NCBI RefSeq assembly: GCF_050633725.1
Contig: NZ_JBOEHB010000002.1
Coordinates: forward strand, 1-64,000
Origin: Planktotalea sp.
Lineage (GTDB): Bacteria; Pseudomonadota; Alphaproteobacteria; Rhodobacterales; Rhodobacteraceae
Reading direction: 5' to 3'
Length of the DNA: 64,000 nt
Shown: one piece after another, positions 9,908 through 19,240 of the stretch
Position numbering within the stretch: the stretch's first letter is position 1
How the letters are laid out: each line of letters opens with the position of its first letter
Position numbers and translations under genes: made by a program
Notes under the pieces: model-generated
Database searches by the model: none
Told to the model about the DNA's origin: nothing
Seen by the model: only the letters and a program-made list of their open reading frames with translations

Positions 9908-11194
9908 TTACTTGCAGCCTTCTTCGATTTTGTTTTCCGCAGCATAAGCCATGGAATCCGCGTCGATGAGTGGCTGGATCACGTCCATGTCGCTAGGTGC
10001 GAAGTCAGAGATCAATGTCCACTTTTTCGCAGCAGCGTCCCACTGAGTCATACCAACGAGACCTGGGCCACCGTGGTTCTCACAGGTGACAGAGAAAGAT
10101 GGACCAAAGCCCGGCAGGCCAAGAGCAGCCATTTTCTCTTCTGTGATTTCCAGCGCTTCCATGCCGTCCATCATCATCGCAGCGTCGATATCTGCTGTGC
10201 CGTGGATACCTTGCGCTGTTTTCACAGCTTCAGCGGCAAGCATCGCAGCGTAAAGACCGCGGTTATAAAGAACCGTACCGATCTGATCGCCAGCGCCAGC
10301 CGCTTTGCCTGTGTCTACAACGTGCTTCTGGATGTCTGCGAAGACTGGGAAGTCATTGCCAACGCCGTGGAACGTAAGTGCTTTATAACCGTTCGCCTTG
10401 TCGCCTGCTGGAAGAACGTCGTTCTCAGAACCAGACCACCAGATGCCGATGAAGTTTTCCATGTTGAAACGGATGTTCGCTGCTTCTTGAACCGCAACTT
10501 GGTTCATGACGCCCCAACCGTACATGATCACGAAATCAGGCTTTTCACGGCGAATTTGCAGCCACTGTGATTTTTGCTCCTGACCAGGGTGGTCAACAGG
10601 GATCAACGTCAGATCATAACCGTGCTTTGCAGACAGCTCTTCCAATGTACGGATAGGCTCTTTGCCGTAAGCAGAGTTGTGATAAACCAGCGCAACTTTC
10701 TTGCCGCTCAGATCGCCCTGAGACTTAAGATAGTTGATCGCGCCAGATGCACCGTTCCAGTAGTTCGCAGGGTAGTTGAAGACGTTGCTGAACACTTTAC
10801 CGTTCGCCGCAGATGTACGACCGTAACCCATTGAGTGGATCGCGATGCCGTCAGCTGTTGCTTTCGGGATCAACTGGTATGTGATGCCTGTGGAGAGCGG
10901 CTGGTATACCAACGCGCCTTCGGCTTTTGTGGACTCGTAGCACTCAACGCCTTTTTCTGTGTTGTAGCCTGTCTCGCATTCCAGAACACGCGCAGGAACA
11001 CCGCCGATGCCGCCATCACGCTCGTTGAGCAATGTGAAGTAATCCGCATAACCATCCGCGAATGGGATGCCGCCAGCCGCGTAAGGGCCTGTGCGATAGG
11101 AAAGTGACGGGAACACAAGATCCGCCATTGCGGGGCCTGCGGCCATCAGCGCTGTAAGCGCCATTGTTGTTAGTTTCATCTTCATCGGTTTCAT
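9908..11194 (-). CDS. ABC transporter substrate-binding protein (type I periplasmic binding fold, Leu/Ile/Val-binding-like).
   Basis: The signal peptide is MKPMKMKLTTMALTALMAAGPAMA, and GGGAGG lies immediately upstream of the ATG cluster at 11194 / 11185 / 11179. The track start at 11251 is probably too long. Confidence 0.85.
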   Translation of the reverse strand: MKPMKMKLTTMALTALMAAGPAMADLVFPSLSYRTGPYAAGGIPFADGYADYFTLLNERDGGIGGVPARVLECETGYNTEKGVECYESTKAEGALVYQPLSTGITYQLIPKATADGIAIHSMGYGRTSAANGKVFSNVFNYPANYWNGASGAINYLKSQGDLSGKKVALVYHNSAYGKEPIRTLEELSAKHGYDLTLIPVDHPGQEQKSQWLQIRREKPDFVIMYGWGVMNQVAVQEAANIRFNMENFIGIWWSGSENDVLPAGDKANGYKALTFHGVGNDFPVFADIQKHVVDTGKAAGAGDQIGTVLYNRGLYAAMLAAEAVKTAQGIHGTADIDAAMMMDGMEALEITEEKMAALGLPGFGPSFSVTCENHGGPGLVGMTQWDAAAKKWTLISDFAPSDMDVIQPLIDADSMAYAAENKIEEGCK

Positions 11195-11254
11195 CCTCCC
11201 ATGGTTATTCCGATGTGGCGGGCTTTCACCCGATATTGAACTCTGGCCCAACGC

Positions 11255-12331
11255 TTAGTGCGGGAAGGGCCAAAGGCGTAGTTTCTCTTTTGCAACGCGC
11301 CAAAGCTGGGCGATGCCGTGTGGTTCTGCGATCAAAAAGACGATGATAAGTGCGCCCACGATCACCAAGTTAAAGTGCGCAACGATATCTGTTGGCCACC
11401 CGAGCATATCCACACCGATCAGCTTAAGCAGAACTGGCAGCAGCACAAGGAATGCAGCGCCCGCGAAAGAGCCAAAGATAGAGCCAAGCCCGCCGATGAT
11501 GATCATGAAGAGCACAAGGAACGATTTTTGAATGCCAAAGGCTTCGCCAACCTCAACCGCACCAAGATAGACCGCAAAGAAGAGCGCGCCAGAGATACCA
11601 ATGAAGAAGCCTGATACGGCGAAGGCGCTTAGCTTTGCACGTAGCGGGTTCACGCCAATGATCTCAGCCGCAATATCCATATCGCGGATCGCCATCCATT
11701 TACGCCCCTGCATGCCTCGCGTCAGGTTACGGGCGATGATCGCGCTGATCGTCAGGAAGACGAGGCAGAACAGATAAGTCGCCCAAGCATCCGTGTTTGC
11801 GCCAGTGACTGGTACGCCAAAGACTGTGCGCTCTGGTGCGTTGATCTGACCAGAGGCAGAATAGTTGTAGAACCACTCAACCTTGTTGAAGAGCCAAACC
11901 AGAAAGAACTGAGCAGCCAGCGTCGCCACGGCGAGATAGAAACCTTTGATCCTAAGCGAAGGCAGGCCAAACGCCGTACACACAACGGCTGTAATTCCGC
12001 CGGACAGAATGATGTGGAAAAAGATGTTCACCTCAGGAAACGAGGTCATCAGCTTGTAGCAGGCATAGGCCCCCACAGCCATGAAACCGCCGGTTCCGAG
12101 GGAAACTTGTCCGCAATAGCCGGTTAGAATGTTCAGTCCAATCGCCGCGATCGAATAGATCAGGAAGGGCAGCAAGAACGCGTTTGCCCAATAATCATTG
12201 ATCAGGAATGGAATGACGCCGAAGGCGACTGCCAGAACGAAGTAGTAACGATACCGGTCAAACTTAATCGGGAACGTCTGGTTGTCATCGGTGTAGGACG
12301 TTTTGAAATCGCCCGCTTCACGGTAAAACAT
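11255..12331 (-). CDS. ABC transporter permease, HAAT family (LivM-like).
   Basis: The 358-aa product is multi-TM and ends in the family's conserved EPHG tail. Confidence 0.85.
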   Translation of the reverse strand: MFYREAGDFKTSYTDDNQTFPIKFDRYRYYFVLAVAFGVIPFLINDYWANAFLLPFLIYSIAAIGLNILTGYCGQVSLGTGGFMAVGAYACYKLMTSFPEVNIFFHIILSGGITAVVCTAFGLPSLRIKGFYLAVATLAAQFFLVWLFNKVEWFYNYSASGQINAPERTVFGVPVTGANTDAWATYLFCLVFLTISAIIARNLTRGMQGRKWMAIRDMDIAAEIIGVNPLRAKLSAFAVSGFFIGISGALFFAVYLGAVEVGEAFGIQKSFLVLFMIIIGGLGSIFGSFAGAAFLVLLPVLLKLIGVDMLGWPTDIVAHFNLVIVGALIIVFLIAEPHGIAQLWRVAKEKLRLWPFPH

Positions 12332-12574
12332 TTATGCCGCCTCTTCGTCTGCGCGCTGATACACGCGGTTTGGTTTCTTGGCGTAGCCTGTCGCTTCGCT
12401 ATGTCGGATCAATTGGAAGTATGCCCAAAGCCCGACTGCAGCCCCTGTTGCCGCAAGCACGGCAGCAATTGTCATTTGCCCGCTATCCGCTGGCTTGGTG
12501 GTGAGGGCGAGATAGCCAAAGGCCCAAAAGCCGCCCCATGCAATAACATTCACGATTGCGATGATCTTATGCAT
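12332..12574 (-). CDS. Small two-TM membrane protein inserted between the two permease genes.
   Basis: The 80-aa ORF has its stop abutting the LivM-like start and its start 2 nt from the LivH-like stop (a translational-coupling geometry), and its product has two predicted TM helices. Confidence 0.5.
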   Translation of the reverse strand: MHKIIAIVNVIAWGGFWAFGYLALTTKPADSGQMTIAAVLAATGAAVGLWAYFQLIRHSEATGYAKKPNRVYQRADEEAA

Positions 12575-12576
12575 AG

Positions 12577-13563
12577 CTACACCCTCTCAATGATCTTCTC
12601 GCCGAACAGACCCTGAGGGCGGAAGACGAGGAAAATGAGAGCAAGCACATATGCGAACCAGTTCTCTGTCGCGCCGCCCACCATCGGGCCGATTGCGAAT
12701 TCAAACAGTTTCTCGCCAACGCCAATGATCAGTCCGCCAACAATCGCGCCGGGAATGGACGTAAAGCCGCCGAGCATGAGAACAGGCAGAGCTTTCAAAG
12801 CGATCAAGGACAGTGAGAACTGAACGCCCGACTTTGTACCCCACATAATCCCCGCAACCAGAGCAACGAAACCCGCAACGGACCAAACCATGATCCAGAT
12901 AAAGTTGAGCGAAACACCCACTGACAAGGCAGCTTGGTGATCGTCCGCAACAGCGCGCATCGCGCGGCCTTCTTTGGAGTACTGCGAGAAAATCACCAGC
13001 GCGATCACGAGAAGCGCAGCAATCACAGTGGCGACGAGATCGAGGTTATCGATGAAGAAACCGTAATCGAAGATGCCAAAGGTAAATTCATCAATCGCAA
13101 GGTTGATGCCCTGTGGCAGACCAACGTCGAGCTTCTTGATCTCAGAGCCCCACATCAGATCGCCCACACCTTCAAGGAAGTACGCAAGACCGATGGTTGC
13201 CATGAACAGAATGATCGGCTCTTGACCCACCAAGTGGCGGAAAATGTAACGCTGCACGATCCAGGCGAACAGCACCATCACTGCCATTGTTAAGAGAATC
13301 GCGAGCAGCGCGGGGACATGCCAGCCAAAGTGGTGAATTTCAGTGCCAAACACCGCGTTGATGATGTGGCTGAAGGGGATTTGCCCTTCCATGATGCCGA
13401 CCAGCGTCAGCGCCGAGAACAGCGCCATAACACCTTGGGCGTAGTTGAAAATGCCGGACGCTTTGAAGATCAAAACAAAGCCCAGCGCGACGAGCGCGTA
13501 GAGAACCCCGGCCATCAGACCATTGAGGAAAACTTCCATCGCAAAGACGAGTTGTTCAGCCAT
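12577..13563 (-). CDS. ABC transporter permease, HAAT family (LivH-like).
   Basis: The 328-aa product is multi-TM with a conserved GxLxG core. Confidence 0.85.
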   Translation of the reverse strand: MAEQLVFAMEVFLNGLMAGVLYALVALGFVLIFKASGIFNYAQGVMALFSALTLVGIMEGQIPFSHIINAVFGTEIHHFGWHVPALLAILLTMAVMVLFAWIVQRYIFRHLVGQEPIILFMATIGLAYFLEGVGDLMWGSEIKKLDVGLPQGINLAIDEFTFGIFDYGFFIDNLDLVATVIAALLVIALVIFSQYSKEGRAMRAVADDHQAALSVGVSLNFIWIMVWSVAGFVALVAGIMWGTKSGVQFSLSLIALKALPVLMLGGFTSIPGAIVGGLIIGVGEKLFEFAIGPMVGGATENWFAYVLALIFLVFRPQGLFGEKIIERV

Positions 13564-13599
13564 TAGAAGGTCTCCAGAGTTTTAGTGTTGAGGATGAAA

Positions 13600-14442
13600 T
13601 TAGTCATGTGCCACCCCCAAATACGCGTCGATAACAGCTTGGTTGTTGCGGATGTCGTTTGGCGTGCCGTCGCCGATCTTCTTGCCGTAATCCATCACAA
13701 CAACGCGGTCGGATAGGTCCATAACAACGCCCATGTCGTGCTCGATCAGGGCGATTGTCGTGCCGAATTCGTCGTTCACATCAAGGATAAAGCGGGACAT
13801 GTCCTCTTTTTCCTCAACGTTCATACCTGCCATCGGCTCATCGAGCAGCAGGATGGACGGCTCTGACACAAGTGCGCGCGCAAGTTCGACGCGTTTCTTC
13901 AAACCGTAAGGCAAACGCGCAACTGGCGTTTTGCGAATCGCTTGGATTTCGAGGAAGTCGATGATTTGCTCCGCCTTCTCGCGGTTCTCAACTTCTTCGC
14001 GCTCTGCTTTGCCCTTCCAAATGGACTGCGCCAGCAAACCTGAACTCATATTGTTCAAACGGCCCGTCATAACGTTGTCCAAAACGGTCATACCTTCAAA
14101 CAAAGCAATGTTCTGGAATGTCCGTGCGATGCCCTGTTGAGCAACCTCGTAAGGCTTCATCTGCGGGCGCGGCTTGCCTTGGAACATCACCTGACCTTCT
14201 TGGGGCACATAAAAGCCCGAGATCACGTTCAGCATCGAGGATTTACCAGCACCGTTCGGGCCAATAATGGCACGAATTTCGCCCTGACGGATGTCAAAGC
14301 TGATGTCCTTGATCGCAACCACACCGCCAAAGCGCAGTGTGATGTTTTTCATTTCCATCACCACGCCGCCAATCGTGCGGCCATCCTCGGTGACGTATCC
14401 TTCTGCGTTATCCAGCATCATACGTTCCTTATTCAGCAGCAA
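13600..14442 (-). CDS. ABC transporter ATP-binding protein, HAAT family (LivG-like).
   Basis: Walker A GPNGAGKSS, the signature and Walker B LLLLDEP are present. The start is uncertain: the internal MEMKNITLRF ATG at about 14358 is plausible. Confidence 0.85.
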   Translation of the reverse strand: MLLNKERMMLDNAEGYVTEDGRTIGGVVMEMKNITLRFGGVVAIKDISFDIRQGEIRAIIGPNGAGKSSMLNVISGFYVPQEGQVMFQGKPRPQMKPYEVAQQGIARTFQNIALFEGMTVLDNVMTGRLNNMSSGLLAQSIWKGKAEREEVENREKAEQIIDFLEIQAIRKTPVARLPYGLKKRVELARALVSEPSILLLDEPMAGMNVEEKEDMSRFILDVNDEFGTTIALIEHDMGVVMDLSDRVVVMDYGKKIGDGTPNDIRNNQAVIDAYLGVAHD

Positions 14443-16402
14443 TCTTGGAGGTGGTCACAGGGACAACCTTCGCATCGCGAATTTCCAGTGTCGCCGTGAT
14501 TTGACCCTTGCGGCCGTCTTCATAGGTGACTTCTGTTTCGGTGTAGATTTCAGATGAACCGTCATAAAGCGCGGTCACCAGATCTTCGAACTTCTCGCCA
14601 ATGATCTTGCGGCGCACCTTTTGTGTACGGGTCAATTCGCCGTCATCCGCATCGAGCTGCTTGTGAAGCACGAGGAAGCGGTGAACCTGGCACGCAGACA
14701 ACATCGGATCTTCGGCAACGGATTTGTTGACCGTCTCAACATGCTCTTGGATCGTGTCCAGAACCTTCGGGTGACCCGCGAGTTCCTGATAGGACGCATA
14801 AGCAATGTTGTTCCGCTCGGCCCAGTTGCCAACCGCGTTGAGATCGATGTTCACGAAGGCTGTGCAGTATTCTTTGCCAGCACCGAAAACGACAGTCTCA
14901 AGGATGTTGGGATAGAACTTCAATTTGTTCTCAACATACTTCGGCGCGAACATTTCGCCGCCTGCCATTTTAGCCACGTCTTTTGCGCGATCGATAATGC
15001 GCAGATGGCCTGTATCTTCCTCAAAGAAGCCCGCATCGCCCGTTGCGACCCAACCCTCCGGATCTTTGGTGTCAGCGGTGCTTTCAGGGTTCTTGTAGTA
15101 CTCAACAAATGTGCCGGGGCTGCGATAGAAGACCTCGCCATTGTCGCCAATGCGCACTTCAACGCCGGGGCTAGGCACGCCAACCGTATCTGCACGCACT
15201 TGGCCGTCAGGTTGCTGCGTGATGAAAACACCCGCTTCGGTCTGGCCGTAAAGCTGCTTCAGATTGATCCCGAGAGAGCGGTAAAAGCTGAAAATCTCAG
15301 GGCCGATCGCCTCACCAGCGGTATAGCCAACGCGCACACGGCTAAAGCCGAGCGTGTTTTTCAGCGGGCCATAGACCAGCATATTACCCAGCGCATATTT
15401 CAACTTGTCCATGCCACTAACGGAATTACCGTCGAGGATATCAGGGCCAACTTTGCGCGCGTGCTCCATGAAATAGTGGAACATCTTTTTCTTGAAATTA
15501 CCCGCGTCTTCCATGCGGATCATCACATTGGTGAGCTGGGTTTCAAAAACACGCGGAGGGGCGAAGTAGTAGGTCGGGCCGATCTCGCGAAGATCGGTCA
15601 TCATTGTGCTTTCGCTCTCGGGGCAGTTGACGCAGAAACCAGTCCAATACGCTTGACCAAGCGAGAAGATAAAGTCACCAACCCATGCCATCGGCAGGTA
15701 AGCGAGGATATCTTCGCCAGCGCTCAGCTTATCAAACTCGGACGAGCTGCGCGCGACTTCGATGATGTTGCGGTTGCTCAGAACAACGCCTTTAGGCTTG
15801 CCTGTTGTACCAGAGGTATAGAGCATCACGCAGGTGTTGTCGTAGCTCAACGCGTCGCGGCGGCGGTTCAACTCTTTGATGTATTCATCATAAGCCGCGC
15901 GGCCTTGGTCTTGCACATGGGAGAACTGATGCAGCGTTGTATGGTCATACTTACGCAGACCGCGCGGATCGAGGTAAATCAGATGTTCGAATTGGTGCAG
16001 ATCGTCCTGCACCTCGATAACTTTATCGACTTGTTCTTGGTCGGCAACGATCACAAAACGCGCGCCGCAATGATCGAGGACGTACTGCATTTCTTCGGCA
16101 GCCGCGTCGGAATAAAGAGGCACAGGAACAGCGCCAACAGATTGTGCTGCAACCATAGACCAATATAGATAAGGGCGGTTGCGGCCGATCACTGCAACAA
16201 AGTCGCCTTCATTCACACCAAGGTTTAAAAGCCCGAGCGCAAGCGCTTCGATCTCTTTTTCAGCTTCCGCCCAAGTCCAACTTTGCCAAATACCGAATTC
16301 TTTTTCACGGTAAGCGGCTTTGTCGCCAAACTTGGTGGCGTTTCGATGCAATAGCGCTGGAACGGACGTGAGTCCGTCAACGCCTTCCGACGTTTGTGAC
16401 AA
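14429..16402 (-). CDS. Long-chain-fatty-acid-CoA ligase-like AMP-dependent synthetase.
   Basis: AMP-binding motifs YTSGTTGKPKGV and GEMFAPKY(VENKL) are present. The likely true start is the TTG at 16402 with GGGAGGAG 6 nt upstream, since the track's 736-aa version has a composition-odd N-terminus with no SD. Confidence 0.8.
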   Translation of the reverse strand: MSQTSEGVDGLTSVPALLHRNATKFGDKAAYREKEFGIWQSWTWAEAEKEIEALALGLLNLGVNEGDFVAVIGRNRPYLYWSMVAAQSVGAVPVPLYSDAAAEEMQYVLDHCGARFVIVADQEQVDKVIEVQDDLHQFEHLIYLDPRGLRKYDHTTLHQFSHVQDQGRAAYDEYIKELNRRRDALSYDNTCVMLYTSGTTGKPKGVVLSNRNIIEVARSSSEFDKLSAGEDILAYLPMAWVGDFIFSLGQAYWTGFCVNCPESESTMMTDLREIGPTYYFAPPRVFETQLTNVMIRMEDAGNFKKKMFHYFMEHARKVGPDILDGNSVSGMDKLKYALGNMLVYGPLKNTLGFSRVRVGYTAGEAIGPEIFSFYRSLGINLKQLYGQTEAGVFITQQPDGQVRADTVGVPSPGVEVRIGDNGEVFYRSPGTFVEYYKNPESTADTKDPEGWVATGDAGFFEEDTGHLRIIDRAKDVAKMAGGEMFAPKYVENKLKFYPNILETVVFGAGKEYCTAFVNIDLNAVGNWAERNNIAYASYQELAGHPKVLDTIQEHVETVNKSVAEDPMLSACQVHRFLVLHKQLDADDGELTRTQKVRRKIIGEKFEDLVTALYDGSSEIYTETEVTYEDGRKGQITATLEIRDAKVVPVTTSKIAAE

Positions 16403-16538
16403 TGATTTCTCCTCCCAATGCACGCTAGTAGACGCGCCAAGTCGCCTGTCGCGACTCGTTTGCCATACCGTGCCAGCAAATTCTTGAACGTCAACTTTTT
16501 CTGCAAGTTTTCTGAATCCTAACGAATTGTAACAATGC

Positions 16539-18503
16539 TTGCTCGGGGCTTTTCGCACCCCTCTTTCCGGTGGTAACGCTTGGAATATGAAGCGCACTGA
16601 CACCCACGACGCGATGATCGCAGCTGGCTTGAATTTCATTCAACAAGCCATGTCGATTTTCGATTCCGAATTACGTTTGGTGCTTATCAACCGCCCGATG
16701 CAGCAGATGTTCAATCTTCCAAACGCGCTTGTTGAGCCAGGCGTTAGCTTTGAGAGCGTTATTCGCTATCTCGCGGAAGGTGGCGAATATGGCGTCGTCG
16801 ATGACATTGAAGATTTTGCAAAGACACGGGTTAACTTGGCTCTCAACTTCGAAGCGCACTATATGGAACGCACCCGCGCAAACGGACGCGTCATTAGCGT
16901 CGAGGGTGCGCCCCTTCCGGAAGGTGGCTGGGTTACCGTTTATACAGACATAACAGAAATCAAGAGCCAAGAAGCCCTTCTGCGCGCGCGATCCGAGGTT
17001 TTGAGCGAACAGGTTTTGGCTCGCTCGGAAGAGCTATCCTCGACCAACCGTGCGCTGGCGTCGAGCAATGCTGCTCTTGAAGAAGCCAAGCATCAACTAA
17101 CGAAGATGGAAGAACGCACCCGCCTTACAACGCAAATGATGCCCGCCCATATCGCGCATATTGATTTGAACGAACGCTACACTTTTTCCAATCGTCGATT
17201 GCAAGATGTCATGCCCGGCAGCACCGATGAAATCGTCGGACTCACCACGACGCAGGCGCTTGGCGCACCAACACAAGCCATCATCGGCCCGCATATTCAA
17301 CGCGCTTTTGACGGTCTGCCATCGGTTTTTGAATTCACGCACGAACCAAGCTCACGCCGTATTCGCGTCGCGCTAACCCCTGATGTAGACGCAAAGACGG
17401 TTCAGGGCGTTTATGTTCTTTCGATGGATATCACTGAGGAAACCCAAACACGCGTTGCTTTGCAACAAACCCGTCGCCGCGAAATGGCGGCGCAACTGAC
17501 CAGCGGATTGGCGCATGATTTTTCAAACCTTCTCACCATTATCCTTGGGATGCAGAGCAAGCTGGAGCGCATGCAAAATCTGCCTAGCGAAGCAGATCCC
17601 CTAATTACAGCAACCTTGTCTGCCGCACGGCGCGGTGGTGGGCTCTTGCATCGCATCGCCGACATGACAGGCCCGCGCAATTTCCGCCCAGCGCCAATTC
17701 GATTGTCGGCTTTTCTTAGCGAATTGCAGATCATGGCCAGCCCGACGATAGGCCAAGATCACCTGCTAAAGATCGAACAAGAAACTGAAGACGGTACATT
17801 CAACATCGACGCGGGGATGCTGCAAGATAGCCTGTTGAACCTTATTCTGAATGCACGCGATGCAACGCCCCCCGGTGGACAAATCACCCTTAGCGCGCGC
17901 GCGCTGCAAGACACTTGGTTAGAGCTGGAAGTTGCCGACACTGGCACTGGCTTTACCGAAAAAGCGTTAAAAAACGCCACACAACCATTCTTTACCACCA
18001 AGGGTGGAGAAGGTTCAGGACTTGGTCTTGCGATGGTCTATGACATGACCAAACTCGCTGGCGGCGACGTGCGCTTATTCAATGACGGCGGCGCGCATGT
18101 TGTGCTGCGCTTGCCGCTACGCCCTGCTGATGCGCAATTGCCGCCCGGCCTTGTTTTACTTGTGGAAGACAGTGAAGATCTGCGGATGTCGATCCGCGAT
18201 ATGTTGGTCGCACAGGGCCACTTGGTACTGGAAGCCACAAGCGTCCACGAAGCTGAAATGCTCCTCAAAACTGTCTCTGATATCGCTTATGTTTTATCTG
18301 ATATCCAACTTAGCGGCGCTCGCACCGGGCTTGATTTGGCACAATTGACGGATCTACCCACAACGCTCATGACATCGCTTCCTGCAAGCGATCCGCGACA
18401 TCAAAGCGCTGCTCGCTCAGGCGCGTTTCTGCACAAACCATTCGCCGAGGATGCACTGCGCGCCGCGCTTGCAAGTGCTGTCCTTAAGGAGACCTCGCAA
18501 TGA
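16539..18503 (+). CDS. Hybrid sensor histidine kinase (PAS - PAS - HisKA - HATPase_c - REC).
   Basis: The H-box is LTSGLAHDFSNLL. The N/G boxes read (ILNARDA...DTGTGF...GGEGSGLGLA). The C-terminal receiver has the acidic pair (VEDSED), the phospho-Asp (LSDIQL) and the conserved Lys (LHKPF). The start may be the downstream MKRTDTHD ATG at about 16587. Confidence 0.85.
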   Translation: MLGAFRTPLSGGNAWNMKRTDTHDAMIAAGLNFIQQAMSIFDSELRLVLINRPMQQMFNLPNALVEPGVSFESVIRYLAEGGEYGVVDDIEDFAKTRVNLALNFEAHYMERTRANGRVISVEGAPLPEGGWVTVYTDITEIKSQEALLRARSEVLSEQVLARSEELSSTNRALASSNAALEEAKHQLTKMEERTRLTTQMMPAHIAHIDLNERYTFSNRRLQDVMPGSTDEIVGLTTTQALGAPTQAIIGPHIQRAFDGLPSVFEFTHEPSSRRIRVALTPDVDAKTVQGVYVLSMDITEETQTRVALQQTRRREMAAQLTSGLAHDFSNLLTIILGMQSKLERMQNLPSEADPLITATLSAARRGGGLLHRIADMTGPRNFRPAPIRLSAFLSELQIMASPTIGQDHLLKIEQETEDGTFNIDAGMLQDSLLNLILNARDATPPGGQITLSARALQDTWLELEVADTGTGFTEKALKNATQPFFTTKGGEGSGLGLAMVYDMTKLAGGDVRLFNDGGAHVVLRLPLRPADAQLPPGLVLLVEDSEDLRMSIRDMLVAQGHLVLEATSVHEAEMLLKTVSDIAYVLSDIQLSGARTGLDLAQLTDLPTTLMTSLPASDPRHQSAARSGAFLHKPFAEDALRAALASAVLKETSQ

Positions 18504-19204
18504 GCGAACTACCATTTGTCACAATCCTCGACGATGAACCTGAAATCCGTGAAATTCTGACCGAAACGCTGGAGGATGCAGGTTTTCAAACCCTCAGCTT
18601 TGGACGCGCCCGCGAATTCGAAGCCGCCCTGCGCACAATGACGCCTGATGTGTGTTTGGTTGATCTCTCTTTACCTGACAAAGACGGGCTGACGCTCGTG
18701 CATCGGCTTGCACTGGAACAAGGCGCGATCGTGATTATCATTTCAGGCCGCGCACAGGTGCAAGACAAGGTGACTGGCCTTGAGCTAGGCGCAGATGATT
18801 ATATCATTAAGCCTTTTGATCCAGGCGAAGTTGTAGCTCGCATTCGAGCGCGACTGCGAAAGAGCAAACCCGCTGAAGCCACATCAAACACCGCTCGCTT
18901 TTCAGGATGGACCGCTTTTTTCGATCGCTATCTGTTAGAGGACGATGAAGGCAGCGAAACCACGTTTAGTCATGCAGAAGGTGAAGTGCTGCGTCTTTTC
19001 CTTGAAAGTCCCAAACGCCTCATTTCGCGCGCGCAAATGCAAGACATGCTTGGGGGAGGTGCAGGCGAGAGTTTTGATCGCGCGATGGATGTTCGTATCT
19101 CACGATTGCGCACAAAGCTTCGCGAAGACCCAAAGAACCCGCAACTGATCAAGACGATTTATGGGGCAGGTTATATATTCCTTGGCGATGTAGAATGGCG
19201 CTAA
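18500..19204 (+). CDS. OmpR/PhoB-family response regulator.
   Basis: A REC domain (ILDDEPEIRE...DLSLPDKDG...) is joined to a winged-helix domain (RLRTKLREDPKNPQLIKTIYGAGY). The start overlaps the kinase stop (ATGA). Confidence 0.85.
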   Translation: MSELPFVTILDDEPEIREILTETLEDAGFQTLSFGRAREFEAALRTMTPDVCLVDLSLPDKDGLTLVHRLALEQGAIVIIISGRAQVQDKVTGLELGADDYIIKPFDPGEVVARIRARLRKSKPAEATSNTARFSGWTAFFDRYLLEDDEGSETTFSHAEGEVLRLFLESPKRLISRAQMQDMLGGGAGESFDRAMDVRISRLRTKLREDPKNPQLIKTIYGAGYIFLGDVEWR

Positions 19205-19240
19205 GAACAAGTCAGTGCGCTGAGCGTTGAGGACAATCTT

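Noticed and set aside
14621-16168. 515-aa plus-strand ORF
   Set aside because: It is entirely antisense to the acyl-CoA ligase gene, which has clear AMP-binding motifs. Long antisense open frames are expected in high-GC DNA, and this one has no RBS or recognisable motifs.
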